From Sedimentisphaerales bacterium (GTDB lineage: Bacteria > Planctomycetota > Phycisphaerae > Sedimentisphaerales > SM23-30), in the NCBI GenBank assembly GCA_963663805.2, contig CAXXMR010000027.1:64001-128000 (forward strand): 64,000 bases of DNA, given 5' to 3'. Made by a program: the position numbers and the translations under genes. Numbering within the stretch: the first letter of the stretch is position 1; every line of letters starts with the position of its first letter. This document shows, piece after piece, positions 1-10,193 of this stretch. A model generated the notes under the pieces. It was given only the letters and a program-made list of their open reading frames with translations, searched no databases and was not told the DNA's origin.

Positions 1-1943
1 GCCAACAGTGGTGTTATTTTTTGAGCTGACCGCTGTATATTTTCGGTGGCTTTTGCGGCGGCATTTCCATCTTCAAATGGTATAGCAGCAATTTCTGATC
101 GCCATCGGGCTCGGTATATCTCTGCATCAGCAGAGTCCTGCCGTCCTGGGTTTCAAAGGACACATCGAGCATCTGGATTCGTGACATTGTTTCCAAAACG
201 GCCTGGCTGGTTATCCCGCAGGCACTGGCCCGCAGTCTGTGTCTCAAGGTCACTTGCAGACAATAGCTCATAAACGCTACAAACACGTGAGCATCGACCC
301 GGTCTTCTTTATGGTGATAGACCGGCCGAACACCCAGATCGCTTTTGAGCTCCCGGAACGCTTGTTCTACATTACATTGCAGCATATACTCCTGCCAAAG
401 CTCTATGCCATTCTTTCCGGTTTGATTGGTACGCAAAAAGTATGTGCCGTCACGATAAATCATTTCTCGGTATTTGTTCCTATCGAATTTATAATCAAAC
501 TCACCTTCCTCAATTCTTTCCTTTGGTTTTGGAATTGTAAGAGTAACGCATTTATACGAACTGCCAGCATGATGTTTGAGTTTGCCCAGCCTTTGCATAA
601 AACGGGCGTAATCACGATATTTCTTCAGCTTCTCCAGACCTTCCAGATAGTCACGCAGCTTGCGCTTACGCATAGCCCGTTCTTTAGCCATCCGCTCTTT
701 GCTGCGGGCTAGAACATAACATTCACCATCTTTTTCGATATGCTTTATGCGAACACTGTCATTTACATCATGCCAGTTTTTCACCGAGAGTTCTTTTGAG
801 AATTCATCCAGTAATTTACGAGGAGTACCAACAAGGTAACCAATGTCATTATCACGCATGTGCTCAAGTACCGCTTCTGTGGGGATACCCCGGTCCATCA
901 GCCAAACCCTGCCGACTTGGCCGTATTTTGACTCTATCTTGTTCAATAACGGCTTTAGCGTGGTTTTCTCCGAGGTATTACCCGCCCAGATTTCATAATT
1001 AATCGGAAAGCCATCGGGCGTAACTACCAAAGCTATCAGAATCTGCCGACAATCACTTCTGCGATCTTTGCTATGACCAAATTTGGCTTTAGGATTCTGT
1101 TTGCATAATCCCTCAAAATACGTACTGGTGATATCGTAAAGCAAAATATCGTATTCCAGATTGAACATCATCTGCCAGGTATCTTTCAGATAAGAGCAAA
1201 GCTCCTCTTTGTAGGGCAATATCCTGTCCAGGCAGCGGTAAAGCCGGTTCTTTTCGGCAACCTCAAAATCACAGTCCAGCAATACATCCATTGCGGTTTG
1301 AGTAAACCAGTGCTGATGAACATAAAACTCCGCGCCGGGTTTGATAAGACGATTTACCGTCAATAATTTAACGACTTTGGAATACTCCACCGAAGATCTT
1401 TCGGTGTCTATACGAGCGGACCAGAATTTATCCAGCCCAAGAGTATCCCATATCTCACAGCCCAGCCAACAGTCACCAAATGTTCGGGGGTTTTCCAGCC
1501 GCATCTTTGATAATTTCACGGCAATGGTATCGACATCATGGTGGGCATGATTATCCTGGTCATAAGCAAACAATGATTTGCGGACAGGCTGGTTATCCTC
1601 GTTGATTATCTCAATAGACTTTTCCCAGGACTTCTTTTGCGAATCGGAAATCTCCCCGAGATACAGAACCATCTTCTCCACATAACGACCGCGCGAGACT
1701 TTACGCTTCTCAGCTATGCTGTAGTAGGTGTTGTACTTGCCGTTCTTCTTTCGCTTGTGCTTCTTCAGGTACATGCACATATTATCGCGGCTGAAAAACA
1801 CCTGGCAATAGGGCAGGTCTGTACCAGAGCCAATATCGAACTAAAATCGCCGCTTACAACTCAAAATCACAGAAAATATTTTTATTTTTGACGGTTTTGA
1901 CCGCTAAGTGAGAAATTGGGGTTAAGTGAGAAATTTGGGTTAG
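1..1943 (-). mobile_element. IS1634-family insertion sequence; the other end lies outside the window
   Basis: Single large DDE transposase. Candidate terminus upstream of the gene reads CTAACCCAAATTTCTCACTT on the minus strand and is duplicated in tandem (1905-1940). Confidence 0.75.
14..1774 (-). CDS. IS1634-family DDE transposase
   Basis: Motifs YDITSTYFEG, GHSKDRRSD, MDRGI, VEQAFRELKSDLGVRPVYH. Start taken at ATG 1774; 1780 or 1801 are possible. Confidence 0.92.
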   Translation of the reverse strand: MYLKKHKRKKNGKYNTYYSIAEKRKVSRGRYVEKMVLYLGEISDSQKKSWEKSIEIINEDNQPVRKSLFAYDQDNHAHHDVDTIAVKLSKMRLENPRTFGDCWLGCEIWDTLGLDKFWSARIDTERSSVEYSKVVKLLTVNRLIKPGAEFYVHQHWFTQTAMDVLLDCDFEVAEKNRLYRCLDRILPYKEELCSYLKDTWQMMFNLEYDILLYDITSTYFEGLCKQNPKAKFGHSKDRRSDCRQILIALVVTPDGFPINYEIWAGNTSEKTTLKPLLNKIESKYGQVGRVWLMDRGIPTEAVLEHMRDNDIGYLVGTPRKLLDEFSKELSVKNWHDVNDSVRIKHIEKDGECYVLARSKERMAKERAMRKRKLRDYLEGLEKLKKYRDYARFMQRLGKLKHHAGSSYKCVTLTIPKPKERIEEGEFDYKFDRNKYREMIYRDGTYFLRTNQTGKNGIELWQEYMLQCNVEQAFRELKSDLGVRPVYHHKEDRVDAHVFVAFMSYCLQVTLRHRLRASACGITSQAVLETMSRIQMLDVSFETQDGRTLLMQRYTEPDGDQKLLLYHLKMEMPPQKPPKIYSGQLKK

Positions 1944-2138
1944 GGCTGTTATTGAGTTGGTCGCGGCCTACAGTATGGTTGATGAGTTGGTGAAAATCTG
2001 CACTTCAGATTCACAGCCGCGGTTAGATTTTTAGAGCCCAGACTGTGGGAAGGCGTACGTAATTTCCTATTTCTCAGGTTGTTACAATCTGTCCCGTCAG
2101 AGCTTGACCTGGAAAGCTAAAAAATTTCTTCAAAATAC

Positions 2139-2167
2139 TTGCAATCTGGTAGGACTACTTATATATT
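2139..2167 (+). promoter_or_regulatory. sigma70-type promoter for pckG
   Basis: TTGCAA-N17-TATATT. Confidence 0.55.
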
Positions 2168-2280
2168 AACGAGGCTGCGCATTATGCGGAGGGTCGAAAC
2201 CCCCTCCCCGAAAGTGCGTAATCGTGGCAAGCCGACGTAACGGACGAATTAAAGGTAGTACTAGAAAAAAGGAAAAAGTT

Positions 2281-4227
2281 ATGCGACTTGAGATGAAAAA
2301 AGGAATCGATATTCTCTCAGCAATTGGCGGCATTGAAAACATAGACCAGGCCAAGGCCCTGTTCAAAAATAAATGTGATACGACGAATCTCACGAAAATC
2401 GAAACGATAAAAAATGAAGAAGCTCTGCTGAAAATCGCTAATGCTATCGCGATGTTCCAGCCGGATTCTGTTTGGATCAATTCCGGTAGCGAAGCGGATT
2501 TACAAAAGGCACGCGAAGGTGCTCTGGAAAACAATGAAGAGTTCAAGCTGGCCCTGTCCAATCATACCTGCCACTATGATTTGCCGGAAGACCAGGGACG
2601 TTTGATAAGTCAGACAATGTATATTTGCAATGAAGATGAAGACATTTCATCGATGGCCAAAAAAGAGCTTCGCTCGGACTCACATAAGTATCTTCAGGAA
2701 AACATGGTGGGCCTGATGAAGGGCAAGACCATGCTGGTTTCGCTGTGGAATCGAGGCCCCATTGGCGCTAAAGCTGCCATTCCAGCGATTATGATTACCG
2801 ATTCTTATTATGTGGTCCATTCGGGCAATATTCTGTATCCGAATGTCTTCAATGATTTCGACAAGGAGGTCGCTCGGGCCGGTGTGTTCTTTACCAACTG
2901 CCACAGTTTCGGCAGATTCAACAGTGAGGACATCCCTAAGGCTCGTATTTATATGGATCGCAGCTGGCAGACGACCTACTCGCTGCACTGCACCTATGCC
3001 GGCAATACGCTGCTGCTGAAGAAAGGCAACCATCGTTTCGCGGTCGATTTGTGTACTTATTATCGTGAGGAAGAACAGCTTTCCGAGCACATGTTCATTA
3101 CCGGCATGACCGGACCCGGTGGTCGCAAGACCTTCATCGCTGGTGCCGCTCCCAGCGGTTGCGGCAAGACCACGACAGCTATGGTTGGTACTGATTTTAT
3201 CGGTGACGACCTGGCCCAGATCTGGATAGAGAATGACGGCACGGTGCGGGCGGTTAATCCGGAGATTGGTATCTTTGGTATCGTCGCTGACGTGAACCGC
3301 GAAGGTGACCCGTATCTGATGGACTGTCTGCGGGGTGATAAACCTGCCGAGGTTATTTTCTCCAATGTGCTGGTAGATGACAGCAATACGCCCCGCTGGA
3401 CCGGCGACGGCGATAAGCTGCCCACCAGCGGTAAAAATTATGAAGGCGAATGGACGCCGGACAAAGGAACGCCTATGTCCAACCCCAACGCTCGCTGTAC
3501 GCTTAGCTGCATGAACATTGAAAATTACAATCCGGAAATCGGCAAAAGCCCCGCCGGAGCTCCCGTCAAGGTTATTACCTATTCGGGCCGTGACAGCGAC
3601 ACCATGCCCCCGGTATGGGTTGCCAAAAATGCTGATGAAGGCGTGGTAATTGGTGCTTCGATTCAGTCAGCTGCTACCGCCACCGAGATCGGTGCTTCCG
3701 GTATCCGTCGCCAGCCCTGGGCGAATGCCCCGTTTGTACCCGGTTCACTTACGGATTATATGCAGGCGCAGTTTAAGTTCTTCAATAGTTCGAAGATTAA
3801 AGACAAGCCGGTTATGGCAGGCCTTAATTACTTCCTGACCAACGCTTCACGCGGCGGTGCTAAGGACGATGTCAGCCTTATCGGCGAAAAACGCGATGTC
3901 AAAGCCTGGCTCAGCTGGCTCGAACGTTATGCCCACGGCGACGTAAAGGGCATCAATACGCCCATCGGCTTCATCCCCAAATATGAAGACCTCAAGGCCA
4001 TCTTCAAGGAAACTATCGGCAAGGACTATACCAAGGCTATTTACGACAAACAGTTCGCTTTGTATGTTGATAATATCGTAGCCCGTCTGGACCTGCAGAA
4101 AGAGGCCTACAGCAAGGAAAGCGACGTACCCGCAAAACTGTTCGAGATTTACGATACTCAGAAAGCAGAGCTTCTGGCCCTGAAAGATAAGTTCGGCAGT
4201 GTGGTTTCCGTAGAGCAGTTAAGCTAA
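2281..4227 (+). CDS. pckG: phosphoenolpyruvate carboxykinase (GTP)
   Basis: YAGN, EHMF, GAAPSGCGKT P-loop, IGDDLA, NPEIGIFG, NPNAR and NYF motifs. ATG 2281 follows AAGGA. Confidence 0.93.
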   Translation: MRLEMKKGIDILSAIGGIENIDQAKALFKNKCDTTNLTKIETIKNEEALLKIANAIAMFQPDSVWINSGSEADLQKAREGALENNEEFKLALSNHTCHYDLPEDQGRLISQTMYICNEDEDISSMAKKELRSDSHKYLQENMVGLMKGKTMLVSLWNRGPIGAKAAIPAIMITDSYYVVHSGNILYPNVFNDFDKEVARAGVFFTNCHSFGRFNSEDIPKARIYMDRSWQTTYSLHCTYAGNTLLLKKGNHRFAVDLCTYYREEEQLSEHMFITGMTGPGGRKTFIAGAAPSGCGKTTTAMVGTDFIGDDLAQIWIENDGTVRAVNPEIGIFGIVADVNREGDPYLMDCLRGDKPAEVIFSNVLVDDSNTPRWTGDGDKLPTSGKNYEGEWTPDKGTPMSNPNARCTLSCMNIENYNPEIGKSPAGAPVKVITYSGRDSDTMPPVWVAKNADEGVVIGASIQSAATATEIGASGIRRQPWANAPFVPGSLTDYMQAQFKFFNSSKIKDKPVMAGLNYFLTNASRGGAKDDVSLIGEKRDVKAWLSWLERYAHGDVKGINTPIGFIPKYEDLKAIFKETIGKDYTKAIYDKQFALYVDNIVARLDLQKEAYSKESDVPAKLFEIYDTQKAELLALKDKFGSVVSVEQLS

Positions 4228-4324
4228 ACTACCCTGTTTGGCAAAAAATTGCCGTAACAGTTCACATAATCGTACCGATGCAGCTAATTTGAAATGCAGC
4301 GAACACTTGCAAATTGCCTAAATT

Positions 4325-4360
4325 AACAAAAAGGCCAACTTCGGTTGGCCTTTTTTTGTT
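4325..4360 (+). terminator. intrinsic terminator, bidirectional shape
   Basis: AAAAAGGCCAAC-TTCG-GTTGGCCTTTTTTT. Confidence 0.9.
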
Positions 4361-4427
4361 TCCATTTTAATGTGGAAATTGGTATAATTAATGTTCTGAT
4401 AACAAGAAAATCGAAAAGAGGCAGAAA

Positions 4428-5837
4428 ATGAGCAGAGTCACAATTTTTTTAACGATGTGTTTGATTTCAACATCAAGTCTTTACGCAACTACATATAATT
4501 CTGCCTGGAATAATACCAACGGTGGATATTGGGATGACAACAATAATTGGCTCCCTCAAATCGTGCCCGACAATGATGACCCGGATATTTTTATCGTTAC
4601 CATTAACAATTCCGGTAATCCCGAAATAAAAATAACGATGGAAGAGAGCCGTACAATCAGCCAGCTTCAATGTTGGGGAAATGTCTTCCTGTGGAGTGAT
4701 TTGTTCAATTACCCGCGTTTGGAGATAGTGGGTGGTTTACAAAACTACGGTGGACTTGATATTGAACAACTTGAGGTAGCGGCGGGGGGGATAAGCAATA
4801 GTGCCGTATTGTATATTGAGGCTGTCCGGCTTTATGGTTATATTTCCAATAGTTCGGCCGCGACATTAGACATTGAGGATTCCGATATCGAAGGAGACAT
4901 AATTAACTACGGGATTATCGAGAGCTTTGATACTGAACTTGAAGGTGAAATAACAAATAATGCCGGGGCCCGCATCAGTGTCCGTGATAAATTTATTGTC
5001 GAAACCAATGATTCTGGTCTGGGCGGCAATATTAACAATCAGGGCATTCTGATGGCATTGCCGAGCAGTCATTTCTGGGCGGAAGATACTTTTGCTAACA
5101 GCGGTTTCATTAAACTCTGGGGCGGCCTGCGGGGTGAAAATGAATTCATCAACAATACTGGCGGAACCATCAATGGTTATGGCGGAATTGCTGGCGGAAC
5201 CTTAACCAATGCGGGAACAATTATCGCCAACGGCGGCGGTCTGGAGCTTTTCGCGACCGCTTCTGCGGTGGTTAATGACGGAACTATTATATGCAAACCG
5301 GGTGCGATGATTTATCTGACCGCTCTGGGAACCCCGGGTGACCCGCAAAATAACGGCTATCTCGAAATCAACGCCCAAGCCACATTAACCGCGGATATGT
5401 CCCTGCATAACAACACCGGAGCGGAAATATATTTAGCCGGCGGTACCCTGGCAGCCCCCACGATTCATCAGGCGAACGGAGCGTTACTGACCGGCCAGGG
5501 AAATATCACCGGAAACATTATTATTGCCGATAACGGCTCAATAGAGTTCACTGGCCCGTCGAACGTATTTGGCGACGTAGGAATTGGCACAGACGCTGCT
5601 CTCGAAGTCCGCGACGGCACAACAATCGTCACCGGCGATATAATCAATAACGGCACCATCCACATGATTGGCGGACGTTTGATATGTCAGGGAACGTTCA
5701 CCAATAACGGAACGATAACCTGGGAAGCCGGTCCCAACAGCAATCCGGTCGATATGAATCTGGATGGGCAGGTTGACCTGATAGATTTCGCCGGTTTCGC
5801 TGATAACTGGCTCTGGCAGGCAGACTGGCGTAACTAA
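4428..5837 (+). CDS. secreted Gly/Asn-rich beta-helix-like protein with C-terminal dockerin-like motif
   Basis: Signal peptide, repeated xxNxGxI units, C-terminal DMNLDGQVDLIDFAGFADNWL. Confidence 0.75.
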   Translation: MSRVTIFLTMCLISTSSLYATTYNSAWNNTNGGYWDDNNNWLPQIVPDNDDPDIFIVTINNSGNPEIKITMEESRTISQLQCWGNVFLWSDLFNYPRLEIVGGLQNYGGLDIEQLEVAAGGISNSAVLYIEAVRLYGYISNSSAATLDIEDSDIEGDIINYGIIESFDTELEGEITNNAGARISVRDKFIVETNDSGLGGNINNQGILMALPSSHFWAEDTFANSGFIKLWGGLRGENEFINNTGGTINGYGGIAGGTLTNAGTIIANGGGLELFATASAVVNDGTIICKPGAMIYLTALGTPGDPQNNGYLEINAQATLTADMSLHNNTGAEIYLAGGTLAAPTIHQANGALLTGQGNITGNIIIADNGSIEFTGPSNVFGDVGIGTDAALEVRDGTTIVTGDIINNGTIHMIGGRLICQGTFTNNGTITWEAGPNSNPVDMNLDGQVDLIDFAGFADNWLWQADWRN

Positions 5838-6151
5838 AGAGCAACGATGTTATCCATGGGAACGTCCTGCATGCTACCCGCCCGAAGGTGATTAGTTAGA
5901 TTTCGGGTAACGGTATCCGTTGCATAATAACTGCACGGTAACCGATCGGGGGACTCACCGGATTATCCGGCAAAGACTGATTATTAGGCGGCCAATATCC
6001 ATTTCAGCTTCACTTTACCCATTATAATAAAACTTAAAGACAAAACAAATAAAAAAGACGACTTTATTCTAGAATAAATATTCATAGCGCCGGATGTCTC
6101 TATCATCCAAGATAATTCAACTACCAGGAATGACACCTGGGGTTGCCAGAT

Positions 6152-6217
6152 GTGCGCGAAATGACAACTTTTTTTCAAGTTTTGCTATAGTTGCTCTCCT
6201 GCTTGTTTGCATATAAT
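6152..6217 (+). promoter_or_regulatory. candidate XylR/AraC-activated promoter, copy 1
   Basis: GTGCGCGAAATGACA at 6152, weak second half-site at 6173, TATAAT at 6212. An extra site TTACGCAAAATGGCA lies at 6263-6277. Confidence 0.45.
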
Positions 6218-6424
6218 CGAGAGGTAATGGTAGAAATTGGGCAGTAGTCTCTCACAAATGAATTACGCAAAATGGCAACAATATTCCCGGAACCGTGTGT
6301 ACATAGTTAAAAATTAGTTGCCGTTTAAAATCCGCATAATCCGCGGTTAAATATTTTTGTTGTCGTTGTTTAGGATTTAGAATTTAGTGCTTGGAATTTC
6401 CAGTTTATCTGACTTAGGATAAAG

Positions 6425-7669
6425 ATGAAAAAATTAGATTTGTTAATCGTAGGTGCCGGCCAGCGGGGGCAGGCTTATGCCCAGTATGCTCTGGAAAATC
6501 CTGACCGGGCGGCTATCCGGGCGGTGGCTGAACCACGCGAGTTTCACCGACAGCAGATGGCGAGGCGGTACGGTATCTTGCCGGACAAACTTTTTGGGGA
6601 CTGGAAAGAACCCGCTTCGCAAAAAAAAATGGCTGATGTGGTGGTCATTGCGACTCAGGATAAAATGCACACTGAACCAGCGCTTGCCTTTGCGAATATG
6701 GGATACGATGTGCTGCTGGAAAAACCGATGGCACCCACCGAGGACGAGTGTCGCAGGATTGTCGATAGTGCCCAGCGAAACGATATTATGTTTGCGGTTG
6801 CTCATGTCCTGCGCTATACCAATTACACCCGCAAGCTGAAAGAGATTGTTGATTCCGGGCGTATCGGTGAGGTGATAAGCATTCAGCATCTTGAACCGGT
6901 GGGCTACTGGCATCAGGCCCATTCTTATGTGCGGGGTAGCTGGCGCAACGAAGCGGAATCAACCTTTATGCTGATGGCTAAATCCTGCCACGACCTGGAC
7001 TGGATACGTTATTTCGCCGGCGCCTCATGTACGAAAATTTCTTCATTTGGCAATCTGAAGCATTTCAAGGTCGAAAACAAGCCCGCCGGTGCCGCGAAAC
7101 GTTGTCTGGATTGTGCGGTTGAATCAGCCTGTCCTTATTCTGCTCAGAAGATTTACCTGGGAATGTATCATGCCGGTCAGCACAATTGGCCGGTCTCTTA
7201 TATTACCACGGATATTTCTGAAGAGGGCATTTTGGCGGCATTGCGTGATGGTCCTTATGGCCGTTGTGTTTATGATTGCGATAATGATGTCGTGGACCAT
7301 CAGGTAGTGAATATGGAATTCGCCAACGGGGTAACAGCGTCTTTTACAATGACGGCCTTTACAAAGATGACGCATCGCCAGACCATGTTTTTTGGTACCT
7401 ATGGCCAGCTTAAAGGGGATGGCGAACGAATAGAAATTTACGATTTCCTTACTGACCAGACTGAAATTATAGAAGTCAACAGTAAAGCCGCGGACCTTAC
7501 CGGAGGCCACGGTGGAGGCGATATGGGCCTGATGCACAGTTTCGTAGATGCCGTATCAAGCCGCGACAAAAGCAAAATCCTCTCCGGCCCGGCAGAGACG
7601 CTGGAGACGCATTTGATGGTCTTCGCCGCCGAAAAATCCCGACGTGAGGGGACGGTAGTTACTCTGTAA
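6425..7669 (+). CDS. Gfo/Idh/MocA-family NAD(P)-dependent oxidoreductase
   Basis: GAGQRG Rossmann motif, EKPM, KSCHDLD, GHGGGD. Confidence 0.92.
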   Translation: MKKLDLLIVGAGQRGQAYAQYALENPDRAAIRAVAEPREFHRQQMARRYGILPDKLFGDWKEPASQKKMADVVVIATQDKMHTEPALAFANMGYDVLLEKPMAPTEDECRRIVDSAQRNDIMFAVAHVLRYTNYTRKLKEIVDSGRIGEVISIQHLEPVGYWHQAHSYVRGSWRNEAESTFMLMAKSCHDLDWIRYFAGASCTKISSFGNLKHFKVENKPAGAAKRCLDCAVESACPYSAQKIYLGMYHAGQHNWPVSYITTDISEEGILAALRDGPYGRCVYDCDNDVVDHQVVNMEFANGVTASFTMTAFTKMTHRQTMFFGTYGQLKGDGERIEIYDFLTDQTEIIEVNSKAADLTGGHGGGDMGLMHSFVDAVSSRDKSKILSGPAETLETHLMVFAAEKSRREGTVVTL

Positions 7670-7686
7670 TTTCGGATATTTAAATC

Positions 7687-8838
7687 ATGATTTCTCGCAA
7701 AGAACGATTACTGAAAACATTGAGGGGGGAGTCTGTAGACCGGGTGCCAGTTTGTTTTTATGAGTTGAACGGACTGGATGAAGATTTTTCCGACACAGAT
7801 ACATTCAATATCTACAATCATCCGTCGTGGCGGCGGCTTATTGAGTTGGCTGCCGATGAGACAGACCGCATTGTGATGAGACAGATGTCTTTTCGGGGGG
7901 CGGAAACCGATTATCTGGCGGATTTGAGAGAGTTGGTCAATCGCGAAATTTATTATGACAAGCAGGGCAGTCGTCACATTGTCACGACGATTAAGGCCGG
8001 GGGACGCCAGTTGAGGAGGCATCAGAGAGTTGACACGGGAGTGCGGACGACCTGGACTCTGGAGCATTTTCTCAAAAACGAAGAGGATACCCGGGCTTTT
8101 CTGGCTCTGCCGGAGAAAGATTTCGCCGGTATTGCAGATGTGAGCAGCATTGAAGCAGCCGAGGCACGGCTGGGTGATTCGGGGATGGTGATGATTGATA
8201 TTCCTGATGCCTTGTGTCTGGCGGCCGAGTTGTTTGATATGAGCACCTTTACAATAATAGCACTTACAGAAAGCAATTTATTTTCAGCTTTGCTGCATCG
8301 TTTCCAGAGATTTCTATTACCGCGGGTACAGGTCTTTGGCCAGGGTTGCCCGGGGCGGTTGTGGAGGATATATGGTCCTGAGTATGCCTGCCGGCCTTAT
8401 CTGCCGCCAGCGTTGTTTGCGGAATACGTGTTGAAATATGACCGGGAGCTAGTAGAAGCGATTCATAGCGGAGGGGGCTGGGCTCGTATTCATGCTCATG
8501 GAATGGTTCGCGATATTCTCGACGGGGTGGTTGAGGCAGGCTTTGACGCTATCGACCCTCTGGAGCCAGCACCTCAGGGAGATGTCCAGCTGAGTTATGT
8601 GCGGCAGCGTTACGGTAAAAATTTGGTACTGTTTGGCAATCTTGAGCTGAGCGATTTAACAAATCTGTCACCGAAAGCTTTTGCTGTCAAGATACGCCGA
8701 GCGTTGGAGGAAGGTACCAGTCGCGAAGGAAGAGGTTTTGTGCTTATGCCTTCAGCTTGCCCTTATGGGCGAGAGATAAGTGATAATGTGTTTGAGAATT
8801 ATCGTCTAATGACGGAAATGGCCCGTGATTTTGGCTAA
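7687..8838 (+). CDS. uroporphyrinogen decarboxylase/MtaA-CmuA superfamily protein
   Basis: SRKERLLKTLRGESVDRVPV N-terminus, IHAHG, DPLEPAPQGD, LFGNL, GFVLMPSAC. Confidence 0.8.
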   Translation: MISRKERLLKTLRGESVDRVPVCFYELNGLDEDFSDTDTFNIYNHPSWRRLIELAADETDRIVMRQMSFRGAETDYLADLRELVNREIYYDKQGSRHIVTTIKAGGRQLRRHQRVDTGVRTTWTLEHFLKNEEDTRAFLALPEKDFAGIADVSSIEAAEARLGDSGMVMIDIPDALCLAAELFDMSTFTIIALTESNLFSALLHRFQRFLLPRVQVFGQGCPGRLWRIYGPEYACRPYLPPALFAEYVLKYDRELVEAIHSGGGWARIHAHGMVRDILDGVVEAGFDAIDPLEPAPQGDVQLSYVRQRYGKNLVLFGNLELSDLTNLSPKAFAVKIRRALEEGTSREGRGFVLMPSACPYGREISDNVFENYRLMTEMARDFG

Positions 8839-10016
8839 TCGTTCCGGTTGTCTTTCCGGAACGACATGGGGGAAGTATTGGTGATATTTTTGAAATATCG
8901 GCTGAAGCTGTCCACTCCAGAGAAGTTGAGGTATTGGGCGATTTCGGTGATATTCATATCTGAGTCGAGCAACAGTTCCTGAGCCAGAGAGATTCGGGTA
9001 TTTTGTATTTCGCTGAGGATTGTGCGTCCGAGTTTATCGCTGAATTTTCCCTGGAGGCACCTTCGGGAGGTAGTGACCGCCTCGACGACATCTGAGACCT
9101 GAATAGGTTTGCGACGGTTTTCTCGGATAAACTGCAATGCTTTGACTACCTCGTCATCCTCAATTGCCATGATGTCAGTTGATGTTCTGGTAACAACCTG
9201 GATAGGACTGATGGTTATTACCTGACCGGTCATTTTTTCTCCCTTGATGAGATTGTGCAGGAGCTGGGCAGCTTTGAATCCGGCTTTGTGGGCATTGAGG
9301 TGTATGCTGGAAAGGGGGATTTCGCAAGTATTGCAGAGCAGGTCATCATTATCGACTCCGAGGATAGCGAGGTGTTCAGGAATGTGGATCTGGGCTATTT
9401 TGGCGGCTTCCATAATATTTATGGCTCTGGCGTCGGAACAAGCCAGCAGGGCCGTAGGTTTTTTCAAACTTTTGAGCCAACGAGCGATATTTTCTATTTC
9501 ATATTTGACGCCCTTGCGGCGTAGGTTGTTTCGGGTTGGATGAACATAGGACTGTACCTGAAAATCGGCTTTTTTTACGGCTTGGCGAAAACCATCTTCC
9601 CGCAAATTGGAAAAAAGCTCATTTTTGAAACCACAATAGGCGAAATTTTGGTATCCCCGGTCGAGAAAATGCCGGGCGGCCATCTGTCCTATTCCCGTAT
9701 GGTCAAGTGACAGTCTGGGCAGGTGGCCGGCCAGGTGGAGTTCTGTTTTGGCGACAATGGTAGGGACGCCTTTTGCGGTCAGAAATTCAGTTTTTTTGGG
9801 GTTGCGGGTTATAATACCGTCTGCGTCGATCCTCTCCAGTCTTTTATAGAATTCACGCCTGAGATTGGCGCCAGGGCCATAGGCGGGATTGTGAAAATCA
9901 CGAAAAATGGTCCAGGGGCCGTGGAGGCGGACATATTCTGAAAAACCCCAGATTAAAGAGCGGCAATATGAGCTGGAGTCCTCGATGACCATGATTATCT
10001 TAGGTATCTGCGACAT
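8835..10016 (-). CDS. XylR-family transcriptional regulator (LacI-type ligand domain plus AraC HTH)
   Basis: GQMAARHFLDRGY, LGVDND, PLSSI, and C-terminal AraC HTH (ITEIAQYLNFS..FSRYFK..SPMSFR). Start at MSQIPK, preceded by AAAGGT. Confidence 0.92.
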   Translation of the reverse strand: MSQIPKIIMVIEDSSSYCRSLIWGFSEYVRLHGPWTIFRDFHNPAYGPGANLRREFYKRLERIDADGIITRNPKKTEFLTAKGVPTIVAKTELHLAGHLPRLSLDHTGIGQMAARHFLDRGYQNFAYCGFKNELFSNLREDGFRQAVKKADFQVQSYVHPTRNNLRRKGVKYEIENIARWLKSLKKPTALLACSDARAINIMEAAKIAQIHIPEHLAILGVDNDDLLCNTCEIPLSSIHLNAHKAGFKAAQLLHNLIKGEKMTGQVITISPIQVVTRTSTDIMAIEDDEVVKALQFIRENRRKPIQVSDVVEAVTTSRRCLQGKFSDKLGRTILSEIQNTRISLAQELLLDSDMNITEIAQYLNFSGVDSFSRYFKNITNTSPMSFRKDNRND

Positions 10017-10078
10017 AAGCACCTTTCTGATACTGAAAAACTGATTGTAAGCTATAATTGAGAATAAATCAAGTTTTC

Positions 10079-10143
10079 TTGCGCAAAATGCCAAAGTCTT
10101 AGCACAAAGAGGGATGATATATTTTGTCGATACATGTTAGGAT
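10079..10143 (+). promoter_or_regulatory. candidate XylR/AraC-activated promoter, copy 2
   Basis: TTGCGCAAAATGCCA at 10079, TAGCACAAAGAGGGA 21 bp later, extended -10 TGtTAGGAT. Confidence 0.55.
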
Positions 10144-10193
10144 ATAATCTGTTGAGTACCAACGTTATAGGGATGTAAAGCAGAGGTGACAAA

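Noticed and set aside
2186..2218. Glycine-riboswitch-like GGAG...CCGAA in the pckG leader
   Set aside because: The conserved CUCUCAGG segment is missing downstream, so no family was assigned.
5984..6178. 64-aa minus-strand ORF with a short hydrophobic stretch
   Set aside because: No motif, overlaps predicted regulator sites; at most a decayed gene start.
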